A stretch of DNA of 64,000 nt, from the NCBI RefSeq assembly GCF_009914755.1, contig NC_060940.1, one strand, 5' to 3'. This document shows positions 42,690 through 55,840 of this stretch, one piece after another (the first letter of the stretch is position 1; each line of letters starts with the position of its first letter). Position numbers and translations under genes: made by a program. The notes below the pieces were generated by a model. That model was not told where the DNA came from, did no database searches, and was given only the letters and a program-made list of their open reading frames with translations. This DNA comes from the human T2T-CHM13v2.0 reference genome, Homo sapiens.

Positions 42690-43200
42690 AGGTTATTCAA
42701 TCTCTCCCCCTGGAAAGCGACGTGGCGCGGGCCTTACTGGGGAAGGGCCTCTCCCCCCAGACCGAGAGAGGCGCAGTTAGGCCCGTTCTCGGAAGCCATG
42801 GCCGATCCTGCTCCTGGGGGCGCTGATACTGGCTATTTGCAGCGCCCTCTCTTGTGAAACCCTGCGGATTCCGCTTGCGGGAAGTGGAGGGCGGTGGCCT
42901 CCGCCTTTTGGGGCTTCTGGGCTGAGGGAAGAGGATGGAGGGGCAGAAAGGGAGTGAGGTCCCAAACCCCAAGTGGAGGTCGCCCGGGGACCCCCCATCA
43001 AAACACTTGCTGGGGAGAGGTTATAGAGGCAGCAAAGCTCTTTCCAGCATGATTTCAAATCCCGTCTAAGGGCTTTCAGAAGCCTGGAGAAAGTTTCGGT
43101 TTCCCAGCTGTTTCAGCTTTTTCCGCCCGCACCGCGGCGATGCGTTCGGAGCCGCCGAGGCGGCAGCGCCATCTGCTGTCTACTTTTTAAATTGCAGGAT
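42690..43200. promoter_or_regulatory. Small CpG island with CTCF motifs; candidate promoter or insulator
   Basis: Dense CpG in non-repetitive sequence; CTCF-like 19-mers at 42807, 42840 and 43164; ETS-like GGGAAGTG at 42879-42886. Confidence 0.7.
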
Positions 43201-43270
43201 CAGATCCTCTCGGTCTCTCCAGACCTGCCCCGTGGAAAGGGAATAAGATTAAACCAGTAAAAATAGCTTA

Positions 43271-43811
<541 letters not shown>

Positions 43812-44269
43812 ATTTAAAATGCCGACAGCCACTGTTATGCAAAGTTCAAGGGCCTCTCTCACACTTAGCTGGGGGAGGAGTGAATACAGCCTTTCTGAAG
43901 AAAGAAAAATTAAGTAATAGCAAAATCATTAAGTGTTTATGATTCATAAATACAGTTTTTGTCAACTAAAAAAATAAAATATGTAGAAGTCAAAAAAGTG
44001 TCTATGATTCAGAAATGCCACCGTTAGAAGTTGCCATAAGAGTGCACACAAAAAGGACATATGGGTCAAAGTGTTTGCAGCAGTGTTGTCCCAAATAAGG
44101 ACATTTTGCAACATTGTGGGGTGGTTAAAATAACTATAGAATATGCATTAGAATACAATGAAACCATTAAACATAATGTGGAAGAATATTGTATATTATA
44201 GGGAAATGCTCATAATATATAGTGACAATTTAAAAAGCAGATTACAAAACAATATGCCAAGACATGATT

Positions 44270-44710
44270 TCTGCCCAAGTCTGCCCTGATGGGTGAGCTA
44301 ACCAAGGTTGCTGCACTGTGAGGGCATAGGGGCTGCCCCTCAGCCCCCACCCTAGCCACTGGGCTCCTCAGGAAAGGACACGTGAGTGTTTACTGCACAT
44401 CCTACAGATGAGGAGCTCACAAGGACCCTGGATGGGGGAGTCCTCTGAGGTTGCTGGAGCTGCTGCAGCCATCTTGTCACTGCCAGGGGAGAGCTCTCTC
44501 TGAGAGCGAAGGCACAGTGGAGGAAAGCAGAACTAAGAAGAGACAGAGAAAGCGAAAGTGGGAGAGAGAGAGAGATATGAGGTGACAAAGTGTGGGTCCT
44601 TGGATCCTGCTTGGTGTAAAGCTAGCCTGCTCCTGGACTTTACAGATAATAAATTCCTTCCTCATCAGATTAACCTGGGTTTTTGTGGCTTGTAACCAAA
44701 AGGGTCTGCA
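44270..44710 (+). mobile_element. MLT1-type LTR
   Basis: ctggagctgctgcagccatcttg...ataataaattccttc...ttttgtggcttgtaaccaaaag. Confidence 0.6.
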
Positions 44711-45274
44711 CGGCCCACACACAGGCTCCCAGCTCATTTCCTTTGCAATGAGTGGTAACTGGAGGCGGGCGGTGCATGGACCTGCCTTGCAAGGCTTCTC
44801 TGTTAGTGGTGCCTGGAGCCCACTCTCTCAGCTGGCACAGCCAGTGTGACACATCAGTCCGGGTGTGTCCTGGACCTACCCCCTTTCTGGGTGCAAACCA
44901 GAACTGAGGATGCCGAGGGTGGTGGGGGGGTAGTTTCCTGCCTCAGGGCTGTGCTCCTGCTACCTCTTTGCCTAAAATTCTCCCCTCTCTGTGCTCCCAG
45001 GGCCAGCTCCTTTGTATGCTCTGTGATTCTTTGAACAGCGCCCCCTCTGAGAAGCCTTCCCTGACCACCTGGCTGAGGACATCATTCTGTCCCAGCTTCC
45101 ATTTGCTTTGGGAGTGGCCTCCTGACACTTCACTTCCGTGAGGCAGGGACCAGTTCTGTCCTGGTCACTGCTGTATCCCCAGCTCTAGATAAGGCCTGAG
45201 ACATCGTAGGAGTGCCAGGGATCTTTGGTTACTGAGAAAACGAGCAGCTAGATCAAGGTTCCCAACACCAACAC

Positions 45275-46524
45275 GCTGGGGACATGTTGGGAGTCAACTT
45301 AGCCCTACCAGCAGGTGGAACTAGTTTTGCTGCTCCAAAACAGAGTTCTAGCTATGGGGACAGCCACTAGAGAGCAGAGCTAAGTCCATGCTATGCTGAG
45401 GGGCCACAGTCTGCCCTGAACTGTGCCTCCCAGCCTGGAGCTAGTGAGGGGGCCGAGCCTGGGAGCTGACAGATGAGGGCTCGGCGTGGGGACTTTTGGA
45501 GGGGAGGGCATTTTCTTGATCTTACCATGGGGGCAACAGCTAGATGGGTAGGGGGGGACCCACTCAAGGACATACTGCGGCTTCAGGCTTCGACCAGCCC
45601 AGAACGCTCGCTCCATCTGAGGGTCTTGATATCAGGGTGTGGCGTCAGGAGCCGGAGCCTACGGGTTGAAAGCCAAGAGTGGGCAATCAAAGCTGAAACC
45701 AGGCCCACGACTTAGGAGCTGGAGAGCACACAGGGCTGAACACTCGAGTTGGTGACCAGGAAACCAGGGAGCAAAGTCTCCAGGGTGCTTGGGCAAGACC
45801 CCAGATGGTCTGCAGCAACGCACGGGCAACACGGGATGATCAGCGCTACGTGGTGAGAAACTTACCTCCTTTTGCAGGACAACATTTTCCAGTCCTTCTG
45901 AGTAAATCAAAGAGAAGTCTCAGCTTGGTGATTGCAGGTCTCTAATGCTTATTTCTCTGTCTCTGTCTCTCTCTCTTTTAACAAAAGTCTACCAGCGGCC
46001 TCAGGCTCAGGGCCTGTCTCAGGTAAAAGCGGGTTAGGGTGTAATAACAGTGATCGGTTTCATTGTGTTTATTTTTGTAGCTACTTTCTAATTATAGCAA
46101 GTGATTCTGAGTTTCCATTTAGGATAGTAATAGGAAGTTTCTTTTTCAAGTAAATGTGCATAAGTAAAAGGAGACTGCTCAAAGGAAAACAGCTGGTGAT
46201 TGATAGAACAGGCTGTGGCATTGTTGGGCCCCAGAGGGAAGGGCTGTGTGAGCATGCAGGAAATTCTGGGAAGGCAGCTAAATGCAGTTGCTGCATGGGG
46301 GCCAGGAAGCATTTGGAGACGTGGCTGGGCACAGCTTGGCTTTTGAGCCCAAGAGAGGCCTGCTGGGGATGTGTTGGGAGCCAACCTACCCCTACCAGCA
46401 GGTGGAACTGGTTTTGCCACTCCAAAACAGAGTTCCAGCTATGGGGACAGCCACTAGAGAGCAGAGCTAAGGGCATTCTAGGCCAAGGGGTCACAGTCCA
46501 CCCTGAACTGTGCCTCCCAGCCTG
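45275..46524. repeat. Dispersed direct repeat pair, 163 bp each (45275-45437 and 46362-46524), about 89% identical
   Basis: Ungapped manual alignment at offset 1087 with 18 mismatches. Confidence 0.92.
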
Positions 46525-46657
46525 AAGCCAGAAAGCTCAGGGAGGCTAGCGGCCCTGCCCAGGCCTCAGCACTGACCCTGCACCCCTAGGCCCAGCTGGA
46601 TGACCCCTAAGAGCTTCCTGGAATTTGGATGCAGGGTTATTCTGTGTGTGCTGCCTC

Positions 46658-46765
46658 TCAGAGCATGTCACTTTGACGTGGACATCTCGGGTCTGGTTCT
46701 GGTGCTGTCCCTGTCTCGCCACGTGACCCTGGATAAGTCATCTCTCCAGGCCTTGATTTCCCCAT
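46658..46765 (-). CDS. SNX20: Probable alternative last coding exon of SNX20 (MGKSRPGEMTYPGSRGETGTAPEPDPRCPRQSDML*), MIR-derived
   Basis: Acceptor ctctgtttacag|ATG in phase 0. Joined to exon 3 it gives 94+35=129 aa, matching my unverified recollection of a short SNX20 isoform. Confidence 0.6.
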   Translation of the reverse strand: MGKSRPGEMTYPGSRGETGTAPEPDPRCPRQSDML

Positions 46766-46802
46766 CTGTAAACAGAGGTGAGTGAAATGATCTTTAAAGG
46801 CG

Positions 46803-47210
46803 TGTCAGTCCATTTTGCATTGCTATAAAGGAATACCTGAGGTTGGGTAGCTTATAAAGAAAAGAGGGTTATTTGGCTCACAGTTGTGCAGGTTGTACAG
46901 AAGCATGGCACCAGCATTGCTTCTTGTGAAGCTTCAGGAAGCTTCCACTTATGGTGGAAGGGGAAGGGGGAGTTCGTGACTTACATGGCAAGAGAGGGAG
47001 CAAGAGCCATGTCAGGCTCTTCTAAACAACCAGCTCTCATGTAAACTAACAGAGTGAGAACTCATTCATTACCACGGGGAGGGCACCAAGCCATCCATGA
47101 GGGACCTGCCCCCATGAGCCAAACATCTCCCACCAGGCCACACCTTCAACACTGGGAGTCACATTCAGCATGAGATTTGGAGGTGACCACCATGCATCCA
47201 AACCATATCA
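46803..47210 (-). mobile_element. MST-type MaLR LTR
   Basis: gtccattttgcattgctataaaggaatacctgag...catgagatttgg...catccaaaccatatca. Confidence 0.82.
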
Positions 47211-49274
47211 AGGACCCATTTCGGTGAGGGGACCAGGAACATATCCCTTCCCCTCTCCTCCACATCCTTTAATGTGGAGTTCAGCAAGGAAAGTAGGGCT
47301 TGGGTCAAATTAAAGCCTGGTCTTAATTTCCTGGTCCAGTTATTAGCTGTGTAACCCTGGGCAAGTCACTTAACCCCCTCAGGTTACAATGTTACAAATG
47401 ATCACATTTTCCTCAACTGAAAAATGGGATAGGAACATGTCCCAAGCAGAGCTGGAGTGACGGTGCTATCAATGGCCCGGCAGTGCCTGGTCACACAGTA
47501 GGCCTGGGGAGCCCTGACTTTTACCGCACAGGGAGCTGCTTGCAGAGCTTGTTTTCAATTGTGGGCTTGGCAGGGAACTGCCGGCATCCCAGGGGACAGG
47601 GTCTCATGAGGATGCCTAATCCCAGCTCAAAGTGGAGACCCCAGGACTCCATCACAGCCAGTGGGGGGGAGTGGCTGCTGCAGCAGGGAGGGCTTCATTG
47701 GAATGAACCCCTTTAAGCTCCAGTCCAAATGCCCAGAGTGGTTTTGCAGGTATGGTTGTGAGGCTGGCATGGTAGTCCCATCTGCAGTCCCCTGGGATGA
47801 GGCACCTGTATGGTAGAGGGCCCGGGTGGAGAGAAGAGAAGGATGGGGATGAACCCAGGACCACAGATGGCCCAGTTCCATGGATGATTTTCATTGAGGT
47901 GCCTTCAAGTCAGTTCAACACTGGGCTTCTCAACCTTTGAGGTATGCAGGTAAGAGTCACCTGCGGCAGTGGGGGATGCTCTTGTTAAAGTGCAGACTCC
48001 GATTAAGCAGGTCTAGGGTGGGGCCTGAAATTCTGTGTTCCTAACAAGGCTCCATCCTGGGTATGGAGGTCAGGTACCCCCTCACCTCTCCTGTGGACCC
48101 AGCTTTTGAGGGGTCAGGAGAAGAATGTTCAGTCCCAGCTGCCACCACTCTAAAGTCCCCTAGAAACAAGGACTAATACAGGTGGCGTGGGAGAGGGCCC
48201 AGGCAAACAGGGAGGTGGGGTACCCCGGTGGGGCTGCAGTGGGCCCTGCGGAAAGCTTGCTGGAGGTGGGGGCCTAAGGAATTCAAGGACTTGTTCCAGG
48301 AACCCAAGGAACGAGTGGGCTCTAACTGCTGCAGCATATGGGAGATGCCAGGAGGAGCTGGCTGTGGCAGGCCATCCCAGTCCATCAGACAACTTGTAGT
48401 GGATGAAGATGCAGTGTCCATGGCCAGAAGAAACTCCCGTGGATGCTCAGGCCAAGGCTGCCAGAAGCACGAGGAGGGGCAGCATTGAGTGTCATCGGGA
48501 AAAGGCAAAGTGATGGTCCTGAAGCTGCCCCATGTGGCCAGTCCCTTTTTGGGAAGCCTGAATAAATCCATTTCCTGTGCACTGTGTGGGAAGCCAACCC
48601 CTCTTCAGAGGTACTTATGGGGAACCCCCCATGTGATTCTATAGGCTCCTTTACTCCCATATAAGTATTTTCTCTCTGTGTGCACCCCCCGCCCCACCCC
48701 CCCAACACCCCACACATATCATCTATCTGTGATTTTGAGATGACTTTTTTTTTTCACATTTCAGCACCTCTGAACTCAACAGGATCCTACACTTCTTATA
48801 GGCCTGGCTTGATGCTGACATCCTTCAGCCCCAGGGAAGACCTAAAGATCTCCAGGTCTTGAGGCACCTGGAACACCTCCACCTGAGACCACTTTAACAT
48901 GATTTCTCTGCTTGAGGGATTTTGGACCATGCTGTGTGTATTCAGCCCTAAAACATGGGCGAGTGCCCGCTTGCAGTTCAAATTCTCAGAGGAAGTTCCC
49001 TGTACTCCACCCAGTGCCAAGTTTAGTTTGTGCAAATTTCCTTAATGTCCCCTCCTGTACAACAGGCTTATTTGGTGTTAACCCTCATATCGGGGGTCTA
49101 ACTCTTTGGTTTTCCAGCTTTTGTGCTGGAATATCCCATTAAACTGTCCATGTTGGGTATTTTTTCTTTGTTAGTAAACATTTGTTGCATATTGTTGATA
49201 GCATTTTAGATTTGAAGAAATAACTGACAAAATCAATATCATCTGTTTCATCATTACAAATAGACTCATAGCTC

Positions 49275-49301
49275 TTTAATTTTTCCATTTAACACTTTAA
49301 T
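49275..49301 (-). terminator. SNX20: Candidate SNX20 poly(A) signals (two ATTAAA)
   Basis: TTTAAT at 49275-49280 and 49296-49301 on +, with U/GU-rich sequence downstream on the - strand; about 1.75 kb past the stop codon. Confidence 0.55.
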
Positions 49302-50111
49302 TTTCCATAGGCCTAGATTTTCAAGAAGTCCAATATCTCTCACTTGAAGTGTCTTTTCCCTGGAGTAGATTGGGAGATTTGAGGGATATCTGTCCAAAGA
49401 TGAGACAGTCTGTTTCTAGTTTCCCATCCAGCCTGATGGGGCGTCTACAGTTTTTACCACAAGGTGTCGCTGTTGAACAGATTCTGGTGCAGTCTAGTGC
49501 ATAGCTGTCCACTTCTAGAGTGATCACTTGCTGGGCCAAGTTCCTCTCCTTAAGTGGTGTCTCACATTAAGGTTCCCAAATTACAGACTCATTAATTCAC
49601 CCTAATAAGCTCATCCAGGCAGTTTAGGTCTTCAGGGGCTTCCAGCCTCCAACACACATTGGGCCAAAACCAGCCTGTACCACCAGCTCCAAGCCCTGTG
49701 TTGAATCTAGGTCATTGGTCCAGATGCCCCTTCATTCTGGGCCTGTGGTGTCCTTTCCAGACAGCAGACCTCAGTTAAGGGCATCCCAGTCCATCAGAGA
49801 AGTTCCAGGATCACAGACCCTCAAAAGGGGCAGTGTTGAGGATTCAGTCTGTTTTCTGCCCAGAGGCCCCATTAAGTATGTTGTATCACCTCCTCCCCAG
49901 GCTGTTTCTACATAACCCAGGGAAGCCATTCAGGGAACAGCTGCCTTATGAATGAAAATCCACCCCTAGACAATGTGCTATGCCATCCCAGCCAGAAAAA
50001 TTGTTGGCAACTTCCCTTGCCAAAAATGCCTGGTATCACAGAATCTTATGCCATTATTGCTTTCTGGTCCAGGGTCCTCCCACCCTTCAAAAGGATGGCA
50101 TACAACTCCCA

Positions 50112-50113
<2 letters not shown>

Positions 50114-50155
<42 letters not shown>
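50114..50155. repeat. (GT)21 microsatellite in the SNX20 3' region
   Basis: Read directly from the sequence. Confidence 0.95.
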
Positions 50156-50159
<4 letters not shown>

Positions 50160-50635
50160 GCTGTTCTTGAGGGCAATAGGTGAGCTTTTGTTTTGCTTTG
50201 TCAGGTCTACATGGTAAGGGGGAAGGGCTAGAATACTAAGATAGTATTAGGATAATGGATGGAAATATTTTAAAGCAATTCCAAGGTGGAAGGAACAGAG
50301 AGAAAAGCCTTGGAGCAGCTGGAGAGAACTGTCTTCAAGGAAATGGACTAAGTTTTGTCTAGAATGTGTGAGGTAAACTTCTTCTCCAGCTTCCCACAAA
50401 GACACTGGTGGGGTGGACACTGCTCTGGACGGTTTTGGCAGTTGGTTTTGTGTTTTGGAGATGAAGTGGCCCTGGCATCAAGAGGACGTGGGACACAAGC
50501 AGAGGCTTCCAAGGGGTCCCAGGAGCACCTCTGTCCAATACAGATGGAGAAATTGAGGACCAGAGGAGGGGCTTGTCCAAAGTCACCCAGCGAGTTAGAG
50601 CCCCCAGTGGCTTTTCCCATTAAAAATGAACCCCA

Positions 50636-51800
<1,165 letters not shown>

Positions 51801-51817
51801 GCGATCCTTATATGCAA

Positions 51818-51845
51818 TTGTTTGTTTGTTTGTTTGTTTGTTTGT

Positions 51846-51882
<37 letters not shown>

Positions 51883-52163
51883 GAGACAGGGTCTCGCACT
51901 GTTACCCAGGCTGGAGTACAGTGATGCGATCATACCTCACTGCAACCTTGAACTTATGGGCTCAATTGACCTGCCCACCTGAGCCTCCTGAGTAGCTGGG
52001 ACTACAGGCACACCCACTACCTGGCAGATTTTTTGATTTTTTTTAAAAGATGGGGTCTGGCTGTGTTGCCCAGGCTGGTCTCCAACTCCTGGGCTCAAGC
52101 GATCCTCCTACCTGGGCCTCCCAAAGTGCTGGGATTACAGGCATGAGCCACTGCACCTGGCCC
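51818..52163 (-). mobile_element. AluJ in SNX20 intron 3 with a (TTTG)n(TTTA)n tail
   Basis: Reversed Alu consensus; compound tetranucleotide tail at 51818-51880. Confidence 0.9.
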
Positions 52164-53384
52164 AATTCTGTTTTAAATTGCTATTGGCATCAGCTGAGTC
52201 AACCCTGGAACAACAACACAGCAAGGTGGGGACATCTGGGAGGAGAAAGGGCAGAGGGTCCTGCCCTGCAGGCTGCTGGGGTCCCTCTTGGCTTTACTTG
52301 CTAAAACTGGGCCTCTGTTTTCTGAACTGAGATGCTGTGTTTTCCAAATGTTTCACACTTGGGAATTAGTTTTACGTACAATATAACATCATTTAGGTAC
52401 ACTGGTGATGCCGTTATATGGTAAGAAAATCAATCCTTTTCAATCATCTTTCAAGAGAATCCTGATTACGGGCAATTATATATTAAGGGCAATTATAACC
52501 CATGCATCTGACTCCAGAGCCAGATTGCATGGGTTGTAATTATAGCCCTACCATGGTCTAGCTGTGTGGTTTTAGATGAGTAATTTAACCTCTCCGAGTC
52601 TCACTTTTCTCATTCATAAAACAAGGATAGGCATAGTGCCTACCTCACCCAGTGAGGATTAAATGAGTTAATGCACTGAAACCACATGGAGCTGTGCCCG
52701 GCATGCCATTGGCATTCAGTGGTAGCTATGTTATTTATCCCGGTCCCAGGTAAGTGAAGGAGAAGGATGAAGTGTGGCTCTTAGGCAGTCTTTAACATCC
52801 CTTAACACAAGCTAAAATTCCATTCTAACAGGGAGAGGAGCAGCTCCCAGGCACAGGGCTTTCCCGAAGCCACAGTAACCAGCTAGAATTTAATAACAGC
52901 ACATAGCTTTCCTTGTATTGACTTTCCTTGTATCGACTTTTCTAGTATGTTACTTTTGCTTTGTGCCATGTGATATTGGTTTTCCATTTAAGGTATTTCT
53001 CTTTGAAATAAATGTGCTTCATGTTTTTAAAAAGTGATCCAATTTAAAGAAAAAAATAAGTAATAATAATTAGAACAGATACAGTGATATGGCAAAATTG
53101 GTGAAGAAAGGACACAGGTGACTGACACCTGATAAGATGGGATTAAACTGGGCTATTTCCTTCTTGGGACCAAGAAATATGACTTATATGGTTCGAATCC
53201 TCACAGACCCTAGCAGGTGCTGAGCCTGAAATCTTGCTCTTTGGCCATTTTCTCCAGAAGAAAGCTGTGAGTTAGTGTGTTGACCCATTTCATAGTTGGG
53301 AAACCTGAGGCTCTACAAGACTTATTCAGGGCCAGGAAGGAAGCAGAGTGAAAGAGGCTCCACCATTTCCCAATCTCTGCTTAC

Positions 53385-53536
53385 CACAAACTTAGAGACT
53401 TTTCTCTCCTCGATGCGAGCTGAAGCGATCTCAAAGAGCAGTTTGACGTGCTTCCAGCGGCATTTCTGGTTCTGCCAGTACTGCTGAAGCTCCCGCGTGG
53501 TCATGCTGGAGTTGGAGCTCAGGCCACTGTGTGTGT
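53385..53536 (-). CDS. SNX20: SNX20 coding exon ([51 protein letters not shown]), start of the PX domain
   Basis: Acceptor ccttccag|AC and donor GTG|gtaagc; 152 bp, phase 1/0. Confidence 0.95.
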
Positions 53537-54639
53537 CTGGAAGGACAACACCCTTAAGGATCTGCACCCTGTCAGTGCACTTCCGAGGCATGGGCTTGGG
53601 GAGATGGCTGGGTCTATCTGAGATGGCATATCAGAACTCCTGAAGAGTATTGAATATCCCTCTCTCCCACCCCGCCATTTATAGGCCCAATTGGGGCATC
53701 AGACAGACCTCTGTGCCCAGCCTGGCAGAATCCACCCTACCACCGACAATCCCAAATAGCCCATCACCCCCAAGTGGTTTCACAGCTTTGGAATGCGGTG
53801 CGGGCACTTTGCATCGTCCACTTCTGGTCTGTAGATTGGCCATGGTGAAATCCCTGCTCTGGACAAGCAGAGACGGTGGCTTGTGTGTTTCTGTGCTCCC
53901 TGCAGCCCTGACTTCGTGACTGTTGCCACGACTCCTTGAGCACACATCAGTGGGCAGGGGAGGCAGTGAGGAGGATGTTATGTTCCAGCCTCAGCGGGCT
54001 GGCCCTTCCTAACCTTCTCATCTAACTGCCCACATGCCGGGCTCTTCTCGGACGTGCACTGCTCTGCCTTGCATCCAACCCTCTATTTCCATGCCTGGAA
54101 AACGAACACAGTGTTTCTTAAACCCCACTTGAGCCCTGCGCCACTCTGAGGTTCTTAAGAAGCACAAATAATTGTGCATTTTATTGCAAAGGGCATGGGT
54201 CCCAGCCCTTTTCCAGTCTACCCTTCAAGACCCAGCCCCCACATCACTGCAAATGCCCCTTGGCATTAGAGTAAGAGCTTCCCACCTTGTTCCTACAGGT
54301 TTTTCATTTTATTTATTTATTTCTCGTGGCACGTGTAACTGTTTCTCACTGATCTGTTTCTCTACCAAACCTCAGGACTAGTGCAGTGTTTGATTTCTTC
54401 CTGTTTCTGTTTCTCCAGTGCCCTGCATAGGGCCAGGAACAGAGCAGGTATTGAATAGGGCATCTCGAAGGACTGTAAGAAAAGATCTGTTCCAGGAGAT
54501 GGCACTACAGCAGATGCTGTCCATGCCCCAGGCTGGACCGTGCCCTCTTGGCACCCACTTTTCCAGAACATGCCACTGGCTTCCCTGAGGGCTTTCTAGG
54601 GCCATAGCAGCAGGCCCAGGAGCGTCCCTTCTCCTATGC

Positions 54640-54910
54640 AGGGCAGGACTGGTAGATAACAGCCCGGCTTCCTCACCCCTAGGATAGGACAACCCAGAGA
54701 TATGTTCCAGGGTCTCCCAGAAGACCCCCGCTGGGGTTGAGCTTCAGCCACCTACCGTGCCTATCTGTTCACTGATGTCCTGCCCTGGCCTCTTGCCCTT
54801 TCCTTCCATTCCCACTCCCCTGCCATGACTCCTAGGACCGTCTCCCGGATAAACAGCTTGCACTAGATCTGTGTCTCAGTGTCTGTTTTGGGATAACCCA
54901 AGTTACAAGA
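54640..54910 (+). mobile_element. LTR16-like fragment in SNX20 intron 2
   Basis: agataacagccc...ggacaacccagag...ataaacagcttgcac...gtctcagtgtctgttttggg.taaccc. Confidence 0.55.
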
Positions 54911-55011
54911 GCTGCCCGGGCCTCTTGCTGCATCCCCCAAAGTGACCCACATTTGTACTTTGAATGTCTTCAGACCTCTCCCCCAGACCGAGTCTCAAGC
55001 CTCAAGCCCAC

Positions 55012-55141
55012 CTAAGTGCCCGTCAGGTCCTGGGTGCGGGAGGTCGGGGCCAGTGGCTGGTGCTTCCTGCTGGGTCCTTGCCGTGCACTGGGTTATGGGT
55101 CCCATGCAGCCAGGGCTCCCAGGGTGCTCTGGACTTGCCAT
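55012..55141 (-). CDS. SNX20: SNX20 first coding exon ([43 protein letters not shown]); the exon begins at 55150
   Basis: Polypyrimidine acceptor ttctctttttcctctggcag|ccttggagcATGG; donor G|gtgggc; 130 coding bp, phase 1. Confidence 0.93.
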
Positions 55142-55549
55142 GCTCCAAGGCTGCCAGAGGAAAAAGAGAACAGTGAGGACCCACTCCAGTTGGGGTTCCC
55201 GGTGGCTCCTGGGGTGCCTAGGAGCTGTGTCATGCCCCCTCCTGGCAGGCAGAGGGAATGACAAGGGCCCCACGGCTCAACCTTCCCCACTCTCCCAGCT
55301 GCCAGATCCCAAATCTGGGTCTGCCCCTTTGCTGGGCAGGTTACTCCAAGGCAGAGAAGACCCTTCACCTATTGCGATGATCCATATGTTATTGAGGTGA
55401 TCCTTACGTATTGCTCAGAGTTTTAAATGAGATGATTTCAAGTAAAAGTATTGGCTTTAGTGATTACTTGAAAGAAAGATGCTGGCTTGTCTAGATACTC
55501 AGTTTTATGTTACACATGCGAATGAAGTCTCAGTGTTCAAGTTGAACAT

Positions 55550-55840
<291 letters not shown>

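Noticed and set aside
48150-49900. Coding-looking stretches (EFKDLFQEPKERV..., QVITLEVDSYALDCTRIC) and a shared 17-mer catcccagtccatcaga near 48374 and 49782
   Set aside because: I could not match any protein or pseudogene family. A Dfam or tBLASTx search would be needed; they are probably old repeat or chance.
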